A model generated the notes under the pieces. That model did not search any database. It had not been told where the DNA came from and was given only the letters and a program-made list of their open reading frames with translations. Of a stretch of DNA of 64,000 nt, positions 51,730-64,000 are shown piece by piece. The stretch's first letter is position 1. Every line of letters begins with the position of its first letter. Location: the NCBI RefSeq assembly GCF_009914755.1, contig NC_060932.1, one strand, 5' to 3'. This stretch comes from the human T2T-CHM13v2.0 reference genome, Homo sapiens. The translations under genes and the position numbers were made by a program.

Positions 51730-53070
51730 CAAATAATCGATGACTGCATCCACAAGTACATATTAATCTATCACATATTAATAGAAATGACTGATGCACA
51801 GTGTGTGTGTGTATATATATCTACAAATCTACCACACACACACATGCACGCAAACACACGCACGCACGCACATGCATGCATACCCCTTAGATTGCTAGGT
51901 GCTCTTGGCAAGTAGGTGACTAGCTCTCTGATGCTTCCCTGTGATGGAAATTGAATTTAGGTTACAGAACATCATCTGGCCCAATTGCCACTGAATTATT
52001 CCACACAAAATATCAAAGTTAATTTTTGGGCCTGTCAGCCCAGTTGATGAGTTGGGCGGCTGTCAGCCCGGCTGCGCCTGCCTTCAGTGCCAGAGAAGAG
52101 TCTGAAAGTCATGCAATCCAAAACAGCGACCTTGGCGGGGGACGGGGGTTAGATTACCAGGATGATTAAACGCCAAGGAGAAGGTTCCGGAGTCAGGATT
52201 TGAATACCTGTTTACATGTAGGATAACAGATAGCCGCCCACTGACGGCAAGGTTGTAACTCACTCCCGGGAGGGCCGCCGCCACCATAAAACATGAAAGC
52301 CCCGCTCGGGAAGTCTGTGCCCTGGCAGCCAGGCCTGGGAGTGATTTAGGGCCCCGGATCCATTCTGAGACTATCTAATCTATTGTCTTTTATTACATGC
52401 ACTACTCAGTCTCTCTCTCTCCTTCTTGCAACTTTTTTTTTCCTCCAAGAAGCATCAGCAATCTCATCTCCCTTAAAAAGAATGCTACTGGAAAGTGCTA
52501 GCTTAATTCAAAGATAGTGAGGGTTCTTTATGCCATAGTCCCATTAAAAAAAAATCCTAACTGTTCCCACTGTATAAATATGTATATTCCCTCCCAACCC
52601 CGCAGATCAACCAGGCCTTCTCCCCTGCCTGTCCATCCCAATGAGCAAACCCATCCTTGCTTCCACCTTTACCTCCGCCTGAAAATTCCCCTTCACCAAA
52701 AGCCAGCAGGGCCACTTCTTTGCTTCTTCTCTGACTAATTGTCTTGGGCCATCTGATGTTGAAATAATCCATAATTGCTTAATCTATCCGCGTCTGTGTG
52801 GCAAGAAACGGAAAAGCACTTTAGAAAGATCAATCATCTAAAATCATTGAGCAGCATATTGGAAGCAGGGTCGTCGCCTGCTCCCAGCTGAGAAAATGAT
52901 GGTGGTAAGAGATAAAGGCTCGGAGAAGAGGCTGTCTCTGTCTCCATAGCTTTTTGATTCCGAGATAGATTACCAGGAGCACTAACTGCTCTCCGTTTGT
53001 GCTAAACAAAGATAATGGCATTGGAAGTCACAGCCACATAAATGATACGACAATCAAATAAGTGACCCCC
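51730..53070. promoter_or_regulatory. Large candidate enhancer cluster (homeodomain, MEIS, PBX, FOX motifs; CpG-enriched core 52050-52360)
   Basis: TAATCTAT x4, TAATCGAT, CTGTCAGCCC x2, ATCAATCA 52829, TGTTTAC; no interspersed repeat recognised over about 1.3 kb. Confidence 0.55.
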
Positions 53071-53839
53071 TGCCCCCTCATCTCCTGCCGGCACTAGCAC
53101 ACTAATAGATGAGGCAGCACCGTGGGAGGAAAAATCTTTGCCATTGGGACCTTGATCACCAGGGACCAAGTGGAATAGAGAAATCTGAGTTCCTAAACAG
53201 CAGGAAAAAAAAATGCAAAAGGCTCTGTATACTCTCTATACATAAGAGAAATTCAGGCTGGAGAAAGCTTGGTGGAATAAGGTCAAATCTCTTATGTGAA
53301 TCAAATTAGTGGCCGTTCAACTAGTATTACAGCACATTAGCCTGTGGGGACTAGGGAAACGCAACTACGTATTTTCAAGATTATGCATCTCTGCCAGGTC
53401 CTACCTCCTTTGCATGCACTGTGCCCTCCTTGCATGCACAGTTGATGTACTGTTCTTTTTTGCTACTGTGGTGGTGGCAGCTAAAACCGTAGCTGCTTCC
53501 CAGAGCCCTGGCCTTACAGAAAACTTACCCCTAATTGTCGGGTACTTCCCTTCCTCTGCAGAAGAAAAGCTGCCAGAAAGAGCCACATTGTCAAGGTAAG
53601 AAAGAAAAACCAGCACACTAAGTCTCCTCTCACACATTCCTGCTGCTGGCCTGACCACAGAAAGGCGGTTTCAGGCTCAGTGAATGGAGACAGATTCCCA
53701 GAGGCTAAGAAACACATCAGAAGTCACCAGAATCAGACAGTGTAGATGTGCAGCAAAGTTGAAAGAGCAGAGGCTTAGATATCGGAAGAACCCAGTCCAC
53801 ACCCTACCTGTACCCCTTCACAGCTGCTTGAGTAATTTA

Positions 53840-54144
53840 TTTATTTATGTATTTATGTATTTATTTTGAGACAGATTCTCCCTCACCCAGGCTAGAGTGC
53901 AGTGGCGCAATCTCGACTCACTGCAAACTCTGCCTGCTGGGTTCAAGCAATTCTCTTACCTCAGCCTCCCAAGTAGTTGTAATCACATGCACGCGCCACA
54001 TGCCCAGCTATTTTTTGTATTTTTAGTAGAGACGAGGTTTTGCCTTGTTGGCCAGGCTGGTCTCAAACTCCTGACCTAAGGTGATTCCCCTGCCTCGGCC
54101 TCCCAAAGTGCCGGGATTACAGGCATGAGCCGTGGCGCCCAGCC
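53840..54144 (-). mobile_element. Full-length AluS (Sx-like) inside a MIR
   Basis: (TTTA)n tail; TSD TGC(T/A)TGAGTAATTTA at 53825 and 54145. Confidence 0.96.
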
Positions 54145-54239
54145 TGCATGAGTAATTTAACTTCTCTGAACCTCAATCTTTGAGATACTTCCCAATGACA
54201 TTGTGAATTTCAGATCTTGTATTTTAAATAGATGACAAA

Positions 54240-54400
54240 TTATAGGCACTTCTGAAAGTAGTTATTGTAATTAAATTATTTCATCCCTGAAAAGAACCAT
54301 ATGGGGCAAATATGATTATTCTCCCCAACCTACAGATGAGAACACTGAGGTATGGAGAAGCTTAGTAACTTGTCCAAGGACACACGAGTCTGCTTTTATG
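54240..54400 (-). mobile_element. MIR
   Basis: TACAGATGAGAACACTGAGGTATGGAGAAGCTTAGTAACTTGTCCAAGGACACAC. Confidence 0.8.
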
Positions 54401-55216
54401 TGCTACAATTACCATAATCATTCATGATAAGGGCTAGCCTCCTTCTCTCGTCCAATAAGACTGACTTGATTGGGAAGGGAATGAGCAATCAAGGCTGATT
54501 CTCAAGATTCCCTGGTGAAGGGAAACCTCACATTTGCTGTCTTTGTCAGGGGCTGCTCCAGCCACATGAGGTATGAAAGTAGATTCCAGAGGAGTCCCAG
54601 CTGCTCCCAGGCTCTGAGCCATGGTGCAATGGGCACAATCAGAGCCCAACTGTTTTCTACTTAGCACTTTGCCCCACCTCTCCCTCTCTCTGTGGTAGCA
54701 CAACTCCAGCTTCCCCATCTCCCAGGCCCACAATCCCAAATAGGTGGAAGATGTTTGCCAGGCAAAGTCCATTGTCTAAGGAAGGATATTTGACTTGCCT
54801 CAGGACTGGCAGTGGGCTAAGAGTGGCAGTGACTGAAATTATTTATGACACGCTCTCCCTCCATGGCCCTCGCCCCCATCCTGGGGTGAAGAGGAATTAG
54901 ATGTAGTGAAGGGGCACAAACACAGCCGAAGAACTTGCTGACTTGCCACGAAGGGTTTGTAGACAGCCCGCAAGGTGGGGAGAAAGGAATGACGTGGAGT
55001 GGCAGAACAAGCTGGAATTCCACTTTGGGACTAAAAGGTAGCAAAGTCAGAGCAGCAGAGCAGTGGGCTATGCTCTGTCCCCAGTGCTTCAGCTCTAGGT
55101 AGAATCTAAGCTGAGAACTGAAGTCATAGGTTCATGGTGTGCACATCCCTTCCCCCTGCACCTTCCTCTCCCTCCATGACACACACACTGCCCACACTAT
55201 ACGCCTGCTGGAATCA

Positions 55217-55595
<379 letters not shown>

Positions 55596-56599
55596 TTACT
55601 TGAGGGGTGGCGAGCTCATCGCCTGGCAGCTTTCTGAAATAGCCCTTCTCTCCTGAGACCAGTCAACAAAGGCGATTTAGAACCTGAGTTGCCTGGGTGC
55701 ACAGTGGGTGCACCGTGCCTGTCGCCTAACAGGCACTTCATAAGTATTTTATGAAGGATGTAAATGCATGAGGTATCTAAGACAGACACCACTTCTTGGT
55801 ATCAAGAAAGCAGTAAGGGAAACAAAGCGTGGCAGAGGTGACTGAGCCTAGGGGGGCCAGTGATAAGAAGATGGCAAGATGGACACTGGAAAGAGGAAGT
55901 CAGGAAGTAGAGTGACTATGAATGCGCATTGTCAGCACATCAGGATGAGGGTCCAGGTGAGGGTGGCAGGTGATGGAAGCAGGTGAGACACCCCTGGGGG
56001 GAATAGAACAGTGGATGGGAGCTGAAGAACCAAGCACTTCACGGCCCAGGGGGATGTGTCCTGGAAAAGATATAAAGATGTACAGGAGGGAAGCCCAAGG
56101 GATGAGGAAAGGGGTTGGGGAGGAATGAGTTTTCAAAGCCCACGGAAATACAATAGGTTGGGGAAAGACACCGTGGCAGCAGCTCCCACTTTGACTTGGC
56201 TCTGGCCAAAGAATAGAGAGGCAGCAACCACAAAACATCACCCCAGAGTCCTATTAACTCTTGACAAGGTGTAACATCTTCTCAAATTCTTTGAATGTGA
56301 GAAAAGACAAACAGAAAAATGGAGACCAACCTATCTTGCTTTCAAGGGAATGTGAATTCCGTGTTATCTCATAACATTTTTTATTAAGCAGACAATGAAA
56401 AGTTTGCATTTAAATGAAAGTTGTTTTCTAGAATGATGCAAAGTTGCACAGCAGGGGGAACCTCTCACTTCCCTTTGCTCTGGAAATTCTGTCTCACTTG
56501 ATGGGATCTTGGGTTAGTGACTAATGAAGTTCATTCTCTGAAGAGGTTCTTGCCTTTCAAGCCTATCAAATAGTCTTATTTGCTTAGGCTGACCACAGC

Positions 56600-58630
56600 A
56601 CTATGAAATTCCAAATAGGAAGAGATCTGCGGCAGCAACAGAAATAACAAAATATCTAGGAGACATCAACAAAAGCTGTACATGATCTTACAAAGAAAAA
56701 CTTTATAAGCTTTGTTAAGGAAAAGAAAAGGATTATTGGGAACATGAGAAAAGGGAAAAGGCATCCCATTTTTCATGGATAGAGTGATTAATATTATAAC
56801 AATACCAGTTTTAACCAAATTAATCTAAATTCAAAGCAACCTCAAATAATATTTCAGCAGAACTGTTGTCAAAGAAATAGCCTTATTTTTAAACTCTGTA
56901 GAAAAATAAGAGTTCATAGATAGCTAAGTCAGTTTTGATAACAAAAAGAACATTTAAAATATGTGTTACAATAGAAACAATAGGCCAATAGAATCCTGGG
57001 AAGCAATAAAGGGTTCAAAAAAATGCTTATGTGCACACAGAAACACAGTATATCCGAGAATGTTACCGCAAACCAGTGGGAAAAAATGGATTTTTAAATA
57101 GATGTTATTGGGAAATTACTACACTCTATGCATGGAAAGAAGCTGTTAGATACAATAAAATATCTATATAAAGTAAAGATCTAAATAGGAAAGATGGAAC
57201 TACAAATATAATTTTTAAATAAAAGAGAACATTGTTTGCGATGTGGGGTGAGCCTTATTTTAAAATAAGGCTCCAAACACACAAATCATAATGTAAAAAT
57301 ATTTTCTGAATTCAAGTGCAATATTTCTATTCCATGAAAAATGTTATAGACAAAATAAGAAATAGGGAGGGGAAAGGATAAATGTTCGATGTTAAAAGCT
57401 AGGAAACAAGTTATTCCCTAGAATATACCAGCAATTTTCACAAATCAACTAGAACATAGGAACCCAATATGCAAATGGAAAAGGGTTTAAGTAGGCAATT
57501 CACAGAGGGGAACTCCCAATGGCTGGCATATACAGAGATAGTCAGATAACTGTGTCGGATAACAATCAGATGACTGTAAACTAAAATAACAGCGAGAGAC
57601 CACTTTTTGACCACCCAAATGTCCAAAATTTAAAAATTGGGTAATCAATGTTGGAAAGATATGGAGACACACAAACCCTCGTGCATTTTTGGTGGACATG
57701 TAACACTGGCATCTATTATGGAGAACAATATGGCAGTATTTAGCAAAAGTAAAAATGCATGTACCCTAAAATCCGGTAGTTCTTCTGCATTTTAATCATA
57801 TAAGTAAAAAGCAGCAGGAAATTTCGGACAACTTAAAGAGTTCACCGTTCGGGAATTGGACTGAAGTGATGAATGTATACCTACTGTGGAATACTGTGCA
57901 TCAGTTAAGAGCAATGGACTTTAGGTACACAGTAATACAAACAAATCTTTTAATACAAAGTGTTGACTCTCACTTCTGGATGGAATAGAGCAGCTAGGGA
58001 CAGGGCACACTCCTGCAGAGAACAACTGGATCAACCAAAATGATCAACACAGACAATGCCAAGTTCTGGTGGTATCACTTTGAAAACATTTTGGTGATAT
58101 TTAACAACAATTGCACTCCCAGGTATGTACTCAACATGTGTGTCCACCACAAGAATCTGTAACATTGTTCATAGCAACACTCATTATAATTGCCCTAAAC
58201 TAGAAACAACTCACATACTTATCAAGAATAGAATGAATAAATACATTTTGGTATATTCATACAATTGAATACTACACTGCAATGAGAATAAATAAACAGT
58301 TTGAATTAATCTCACAAATATAATGTTCAGTGAGATACGTCAAATAGCAAAGATAGCAAAAGCAAAATTTTATTTCTGTGGAATTCAAAAGCAGGCAAAA
58401 TTAATCTATAATGTTAAAACCTAGAATCATGGTTTCCGTTGGCAGGCGAAAGTCTCCAATTAGAAGGGGATGGAGGAGTGGTCTGGGGTTCAGATCATAC
58501 TCTGGTTCTTTATCTAGTTGCTGGTGAACTTTCTTAACTTTGTGAAAATTCACTGAGCTGTGCCCTTTGAATTTGGGCAATTTTCTTTATGTGTATTATA
58601 TTACAATAACAATTTACATAATAAAAAACA
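56600..58630 (+). mobile_element. Ancient L1ME-like fragments (two 3' ends)
   Basis: CATCCCATTTTTCATGGATAG, AGGCAATTCACAGAGG, CAAAAGCAGGCAAAATTAATCTATAATG, GTGAAAATTCACTGAGCTGT. Confidence 0.75.
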
Positions 58631-58719
58631 CAGTGCTGAGTGGCATACTAAGAAACAGAATTAATTCAACTCTATAAACCTAAAGCTATTTAAAGAAACA
58701 AAAATGAAAGACCAAGGAA

Positions 58720-59005
58720 TAAGAGAGGAAGGAAGGAAGAGAGGAAAGAAGAGAGGAAGAGAGGAAGGGAAGAAAGGAGGAAAGAAGGAAGGAAGGGAGG
58801 AAGGAGGTGGGGGGGAGAAAGGAGAGGAGAGGAGGAAAGGGAGGGAGAGAGGAAGGGAAGGAGAAAGGAGAGAGGGAGGAAGAAAGGAAAGAAAGAAGGG
58901 AGGGAGGGTGAGAGAAAGGAGAGAGGAAGGAAGAAAGGGAGGGAGGGAAGGAGGGAAGGAGAAAAAAGGAAAGGAAGAGAAAGAAGAAAGAAAAAAAGGG
59001 GGAAC
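58720..59005. repeat. About 285-bp GA-rich polypurine tract
   Basis: Seen directly; explains ORFs 58661-59048. Confidence 0.97.
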
Positions 59006-59809
59006 AGAAAAAGACCCCAGCACATTTGACTTACAATGGCTATTTTAGTCTGCAGAGTCTTCTATCCAAGAGTTATTTGACTACATCTTTTAAAAAGCTG
59101 GGGATGGGAGGAAGGTCAGAAGGGGAGTGTTGCTTGGTTTTTCTACAATTGATACAGCAATGTAGGCCTTGTGGACTCATTGCTGGATGCAGGCATGTCA
59201 TTTTTCATCACAAACCTCATATCCCTTTCTTAGTGCATAGTGGGAAACAGAGTCTCATTTAGCATGAAATGGCCTGCCGCAGGCTAAAGAGTCATTGATT
59301 CCCAGAAAATACACTTCGTTTTGGGTGTTCTGATTTTTGGTCATGGTTCTGTTTTATTCCCTTTGACCTGGAAGACTTAATGGATATCAAAAAGCTTCCC
59401 AGACAGGCCAAAGCTGCATTTTGAGCAGGTTTTTTGGAGTGTGGGCTTTTAAGACTGGGGGCCGTATTAATATCCATCAGCTTTGGCTCTTCCACTTTGA
59501 AATCATTGTCTATTTCCAGTCAATGCCCAGCCCCTTCAGACCACTTCAGTAAAGTCACAAATATGAAGATAAATGTGCCCTGAAAGTCTCACACGTGAAG
59601 ATGGAAAACTCAAGCTTTGGAAACCATAAATATGAACTGCAGTATATCTAAACCGGATCATAATTCTTCTTGTTTTCTATTTATAAGGAAGTCTTAAAAG
59701 TGCCAAATTTATCAAATCATGTTTTGCTTCAGATATTTCCAACTATTTTCCTAGAAAGTAATTGCTCACCTGATAAATTTCCTGTCTCTTCTTTAAAACC
59801 CTTTTAGCC

Positions 59810-60050
59810 ACCTCCTCGCCTTCACTCCCTGGCCAAAATGAGTTGTACTTCTGTACCACGCTGTCTGCACACGTCTAACATCTATCATTCTGCACACATC
59901 TCACTATATTAAAACAATGTGTGGTTGGATGACTGTCTCACCCACTGGACTATGAAATTTCTGAGGGCAAGACTCCATCATATTCATTTTTGTAACATCT
60001 AGCACCCAACAAAATAACTAGTATTTGATAAGGACTCATGAATATTTGCA
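59810..60050 (+). mobile_element. L2 3' end
   Basis: CTGTCTCACCCACTGGACTATGAAATTTCTGAGGGCAAG...CTCATGAATATTTG. Confidence 0.75.
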
Positions 60051-60223
60051 ACATCTTCACTTGCTGAACTGATTGTGAAAGTGACTATCATTCGTGTGGC
60101 TTAATTCAGATTTTAAGAATGGAGTTCAGGCTGGAGGTTAAAATAGTATGAAGGTTCTTTATGCTAAGGTTATGAAAGCAGATACCACACTCCCACTACA
60201 GGAACTGTTCTGTAAACACAGAA

Positions 60224-60228
<5 letters not shown>

Positions 60229-60268
<40 letters not shown>
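60229..60268. repeat. (CT)20 microsatellite
   Basis: Seen directly. Confidence 0.98.
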
Positions 60269-60271
<3 letters not shown>

Positions 60272-60604
60272 CCCCCACCCCTCTCCCCACTCCAAAGTCT
60301 CATCTCTCTTCTCCTCTTGATCTCCAGATACTTCTTCAATTCTTTTTTACTTATTTAATTTCCAAAACTTTTTTGAGAAAAAAAGTTATGCCATTGCCAA
60401 GAATTTTACTCTCATTAAATCCCCTGTCACTCAGCAAATTGCTTTACACAGCCTTGGTTTATATATCAAATTTGCCTCCTTTTAGAATGCCTTCCTTACT
60501 GTATCCAGTTTCATGGCAACAGAGCTAGATGGTGCAATAAAGTGCTATTAGTTGATCTAATGACTTGAGCAGTTCAAGATTTGCATAAAAGTACTTTTAT
60601 GTGT

Positions 60605-60760
60605 TACAGTACGATATTGTTAGCAGAAGACTTGGGCTGCAGAAGTCCTGACTCTGATACTCACCAGCTCCATGATCTTGAGCAATTGCTGAGGCTTTCT
60701 GAGTCTCAATTACTGATTTGTAAACTTGGAGTAAAAATGAGTAAAATGAGGTACAGCATT
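60605..60760 (+). mobile_element. MIR
   Basis: AGTCCTGACTCTGATACTCACCAGCTCCATGATCTTGAGCAA...TCTGAGTCTCAATT. Confidence 0.7.
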
Positions 60761-61706
60761 GTATCTAATAATAACTATGCTTCTGATAACAGCCATCATT
60801 CATTCACATGACTTTGCATGCCTAGCCTCGACAAAGGAATTTGTATGACAATAATACCATAATGTTATAGTATCGAAGTACACTCCATAAACTCTATGGT
60901 GTAACTAACAAGTGTAAAAACCTGTTCCCTTGTGGTTGGATCCAACAACACACTCAATTACACCAGTCAGGGATTCTGGTGGTCAATGGGAGGGAGTTCT
61001 CTCTTCCACCTCATTCAGTCGGAGGAGAAACAGATGCACCATTGACCACCTGTCCTTCTGGTGAAAAACTTCATCGTGCTCTTGAGTGATCATTTAGCCA
61101 AAATGATTTAACCATATGCTTCTCTGGAAGTAGCCCCCATATTTGCAAGTCAGAATGGCACATAAGCTTCCCTGTGAGACACAAGGATTTTCCAGCTCCT
61201 CTCTCACTGGACTATGCAGACACGCATCCTACCAAAAATACAGTTTTCAGATGCCAGTCTCAACAGGCGTGGGCGTGTTTGCTTGGAGCAGATGCTGAAC
61301 ACCATGTGACAGAGAGAGGAAAGACCAGGCTAATCATGCTCCTGACATGATGTTTGCAGAGATCTAAATTCACTTCTCAGTCCTCTGCAATTGGCCTGGG
61401 CATTCTTACGGCTGCTTTGCTTTTAGCCGCAGCTAGAGGCATGGGTGACTTCCAGCCAACCAGCCCGGGGAGAAGATTTAAGTCACTTGACAGCAGCCTG
61501 ACCTACAGCCAGAACATGCTCCACTATTAGGCCCACTCTTTAATTTAATTGGTGACCATACCAAATAGAGATCCCAGAATCACCAGCCACCCAATGATAC
61601 AATGTTACAGCGTTTATGAGCTCCTACTATGAAACAGTTACCAAGAGAGGCACTAGGGGATACTGACAAAGTCAGCCCTGTTTTCTCCCTTCCAAAAATA
61701 TGTCTA

Positions 61707-62190
<484 letters not shown>

Positions 62191-63384
62191 GCTGGGTTAG
62201 AGGGAAATCACATACATTATTTGAGAAAGGGCATGATGATGGGGGCCTGTGGATGTGCCTATAAAACCAAGAACTCACCCATCACTTAGGCAAAAGGAAA
62301 CCAGTTTTCACTTGAGGATTCACAAGGAAAAAATACAAATGGGCAGATTGTTAATCCTGGATGAAAAAGAAATTGAATAACTCACAGCCTTGATGATTCC
62401 TGAACTCACTGGGATGAGTAAGGAGAGTTCTTCCTCTCCCCAGGACTGACAGTGACAAGAGGGGTGAGGATTTTCTTTTAAATTCAACATTTTCTGAATC
62501 ATCTTTCTATTCCCCACTGCACCTTGCAGCAGGCTTTGCAAATGTTAGGTGCTCAATACATATTTGTGGAAGGAAGAAAGGAGGGGAGGAATAGAGAAAA
62601 TTATTTATGGAATGGCAAGAAAGAGCAGCAGGAAAAACAGAAAACAGCGTGGGCTCCAAGGGTTCATCACCCTTTCTCCAGGAAGCCTTCATCTGCAGCT
62701 CCAGTCCTCAACTTTTCTTCTTCTAATCTGCTCATAACTTTATTTCAGCAACATCCAGTTGTTTATTAGCACACACCAACTTATGTCTATTCCAGTATTT
62801 AACAAACAATAATTCACTGTCTATAGAGGATACTGTTATGTGATATCCTTTTATGCAGCTCTCTGCCTGTGTCTGCCCAATTAAAATGTAAAGTGATAAT
62901 GGAAGGGAAATCTATTTTATTCTGCTCTATATTCTTCCTGTGCCCTTAGGGTAATCCTCCATTTATAAAAAGGGCTTAGCAAACATTGGCTTACAAAACC
63001 AGCTTCCTTCTATGGGGCACTCTGTAAATCCTCCTAAAGACCAAGTGTTCTATTATCCACTGCTTGCTTTGGACATCAGAAATGAATCAACCCCACCTGA
63101 CCCAGGCCCAGATGATGCTCACCTGGCAGAATATGGAAGCTCCCCTTTAAAGTGCTCTTGAGCGTGGCAAGGTAACCACAGGAACATGCTTCCTAATCAT
63201 TACCCAAATGCCTCAATAAAGCGTCCTCAGGAGGGGCCCAAACTGGAGCTCTAGCCTGTTTCCTTTAAGTGAGAGTGAAGCCTGGCTTTGAATGCAACAA
63301 GAGTTCCTTGAAGCTTGAAGTGTTCAATTTTACTCTGCCATGCCCCCAGTATAATCCATTGAAAGGGCACTGTCCTTCAGGCCT

Positions 63385-63600
63385 TTCAGCTGGGCTGACA
63401 GCTGCCCGCTGATTAATTGACAGGTTAAAAAGATTGATTCCACATGTCAGAGCTGTAACCCTGCCAGAACAATACAGCTGTCACTTGGGCTGTAAAACAG
63501 ACGCTTACATTAGCAGTCCTGACAGAGCCGCGCATGGACACATGCACCTGCCTTTACGGAGAGCCTAAACACACAGCCACGCTGAGATTAATCATCTTGA
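63385..63600. promoter_or_regulatory. Candidate TALE (MEIS/PBX-HOX) enhancer
   Basis: TGACAG/CTGTCA at 63396, 63418, 63478 and 63520; TGATTAATTGACAG composite; GATTGATT. Confidence 0.55.
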
Positions 63601-63890
63601 AAGCAACCCTGGAAGACCAAATAAATGTTTCCATGATGGAAATAGTGGTAGCAATGTCGCCTTGTCATGTTCTTGATCTGCAGATGGTGCCCAGTGGGCT
63701 CGCCAAGAATGTGGGAGGCAAGGTGGGGCTTCAACAGTTGTTTGTTGTCACCGCCGGCACCTCTAAGCCCCAGTCCTTTCAACATGCACTTGCATGCAGT
63801 TCCCCATAGCCATAGACAGAGCCCCACCACTTGCCTAGAATTCTATCTCTCAGCACAGGGCTCAGTCTGTCCAGGCCAGTAATACACAAA

Positions 63891-63916
63891 CCCCAACCCT
63901 AACCCTAACCCTAACC
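63891..63916 (-). repeat. Short interstitial telomeric repeat, (TTAGGG)3 plus TTGGGG
   Basis: CCCCAA CCCTAA CCCTAA CCCTAA CC. Confidence 0.9.
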
Positions 63917-64000
63917 TCAGGCCACCATCATGCCAACATGTTTGTGGAATGATTATTAAAAACTTGCTTTCATGAATGCGTGCCCCTAACACACCAAAAG

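Noticed and set aside
52274-52288. Perfect Kozak context GCCGCCGCCACC
   Set aside because: Followed by ATA, not ATG, with no long ORF; CCATAAAA is better read as a HOX/CDX-like site
58661-59048. P/F/L/S-rich and E/G/R/K-rich ORFs (also 39688-39994)
   Set aside because: Artefacts of stop-free GA/CT low-complexity tracts
60850-60902. Possible hairpin TACCATA...TATGGTG
   Set aside because: Arms too short and imperfect to distinguish from chance

Overview
Primate (human-like) non-coding genomic DNA, intergenic or deep intronic. I see no supportable protein-coding gene, RNA gene or CRISPR array. The ORFs in the track are Alu, L1, LTR or low-complexity read-throughs, except two real fossil coding remnants: an L1PA ORF2p C-terminus (20106-20477) and ERVL protease/RT pieces (about 28.3-29.3 kb, minus strand). 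Roughly half the window is recognisable transposon relic: about 14 Alu/FLAM, old L1M/HAL1, L1PA, L2, L3, MIR, ERV1/ERVL/MaLR LTRs, and hAT and Tc-mariner MITEs. Between these lie several repeat-free blocks rich in MEIS/PBX (TGACAG, TGATTGAT) and homeodomain (TAAT) motifs, which look like developmental enhancers. The most notable structures are (i) a twin-priming inverted L1 inside a three-layer LTR nest with readable TSDs, (ii) two short locally templated insertions copied from about 0.6 kb upstream plus other repair-scar-like junctions, (iii) recurring GGCTGTCAG, TAATCTAT and TGTCAAT motif clusters, and (iv) an about 90-nt hairpin inside a candidate non-coding exon. I did not find a new biological system. 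Repeat subfamily names come from recalled consensus sequences, and boundaries of old repeats are approximate. I could not identify the locus.
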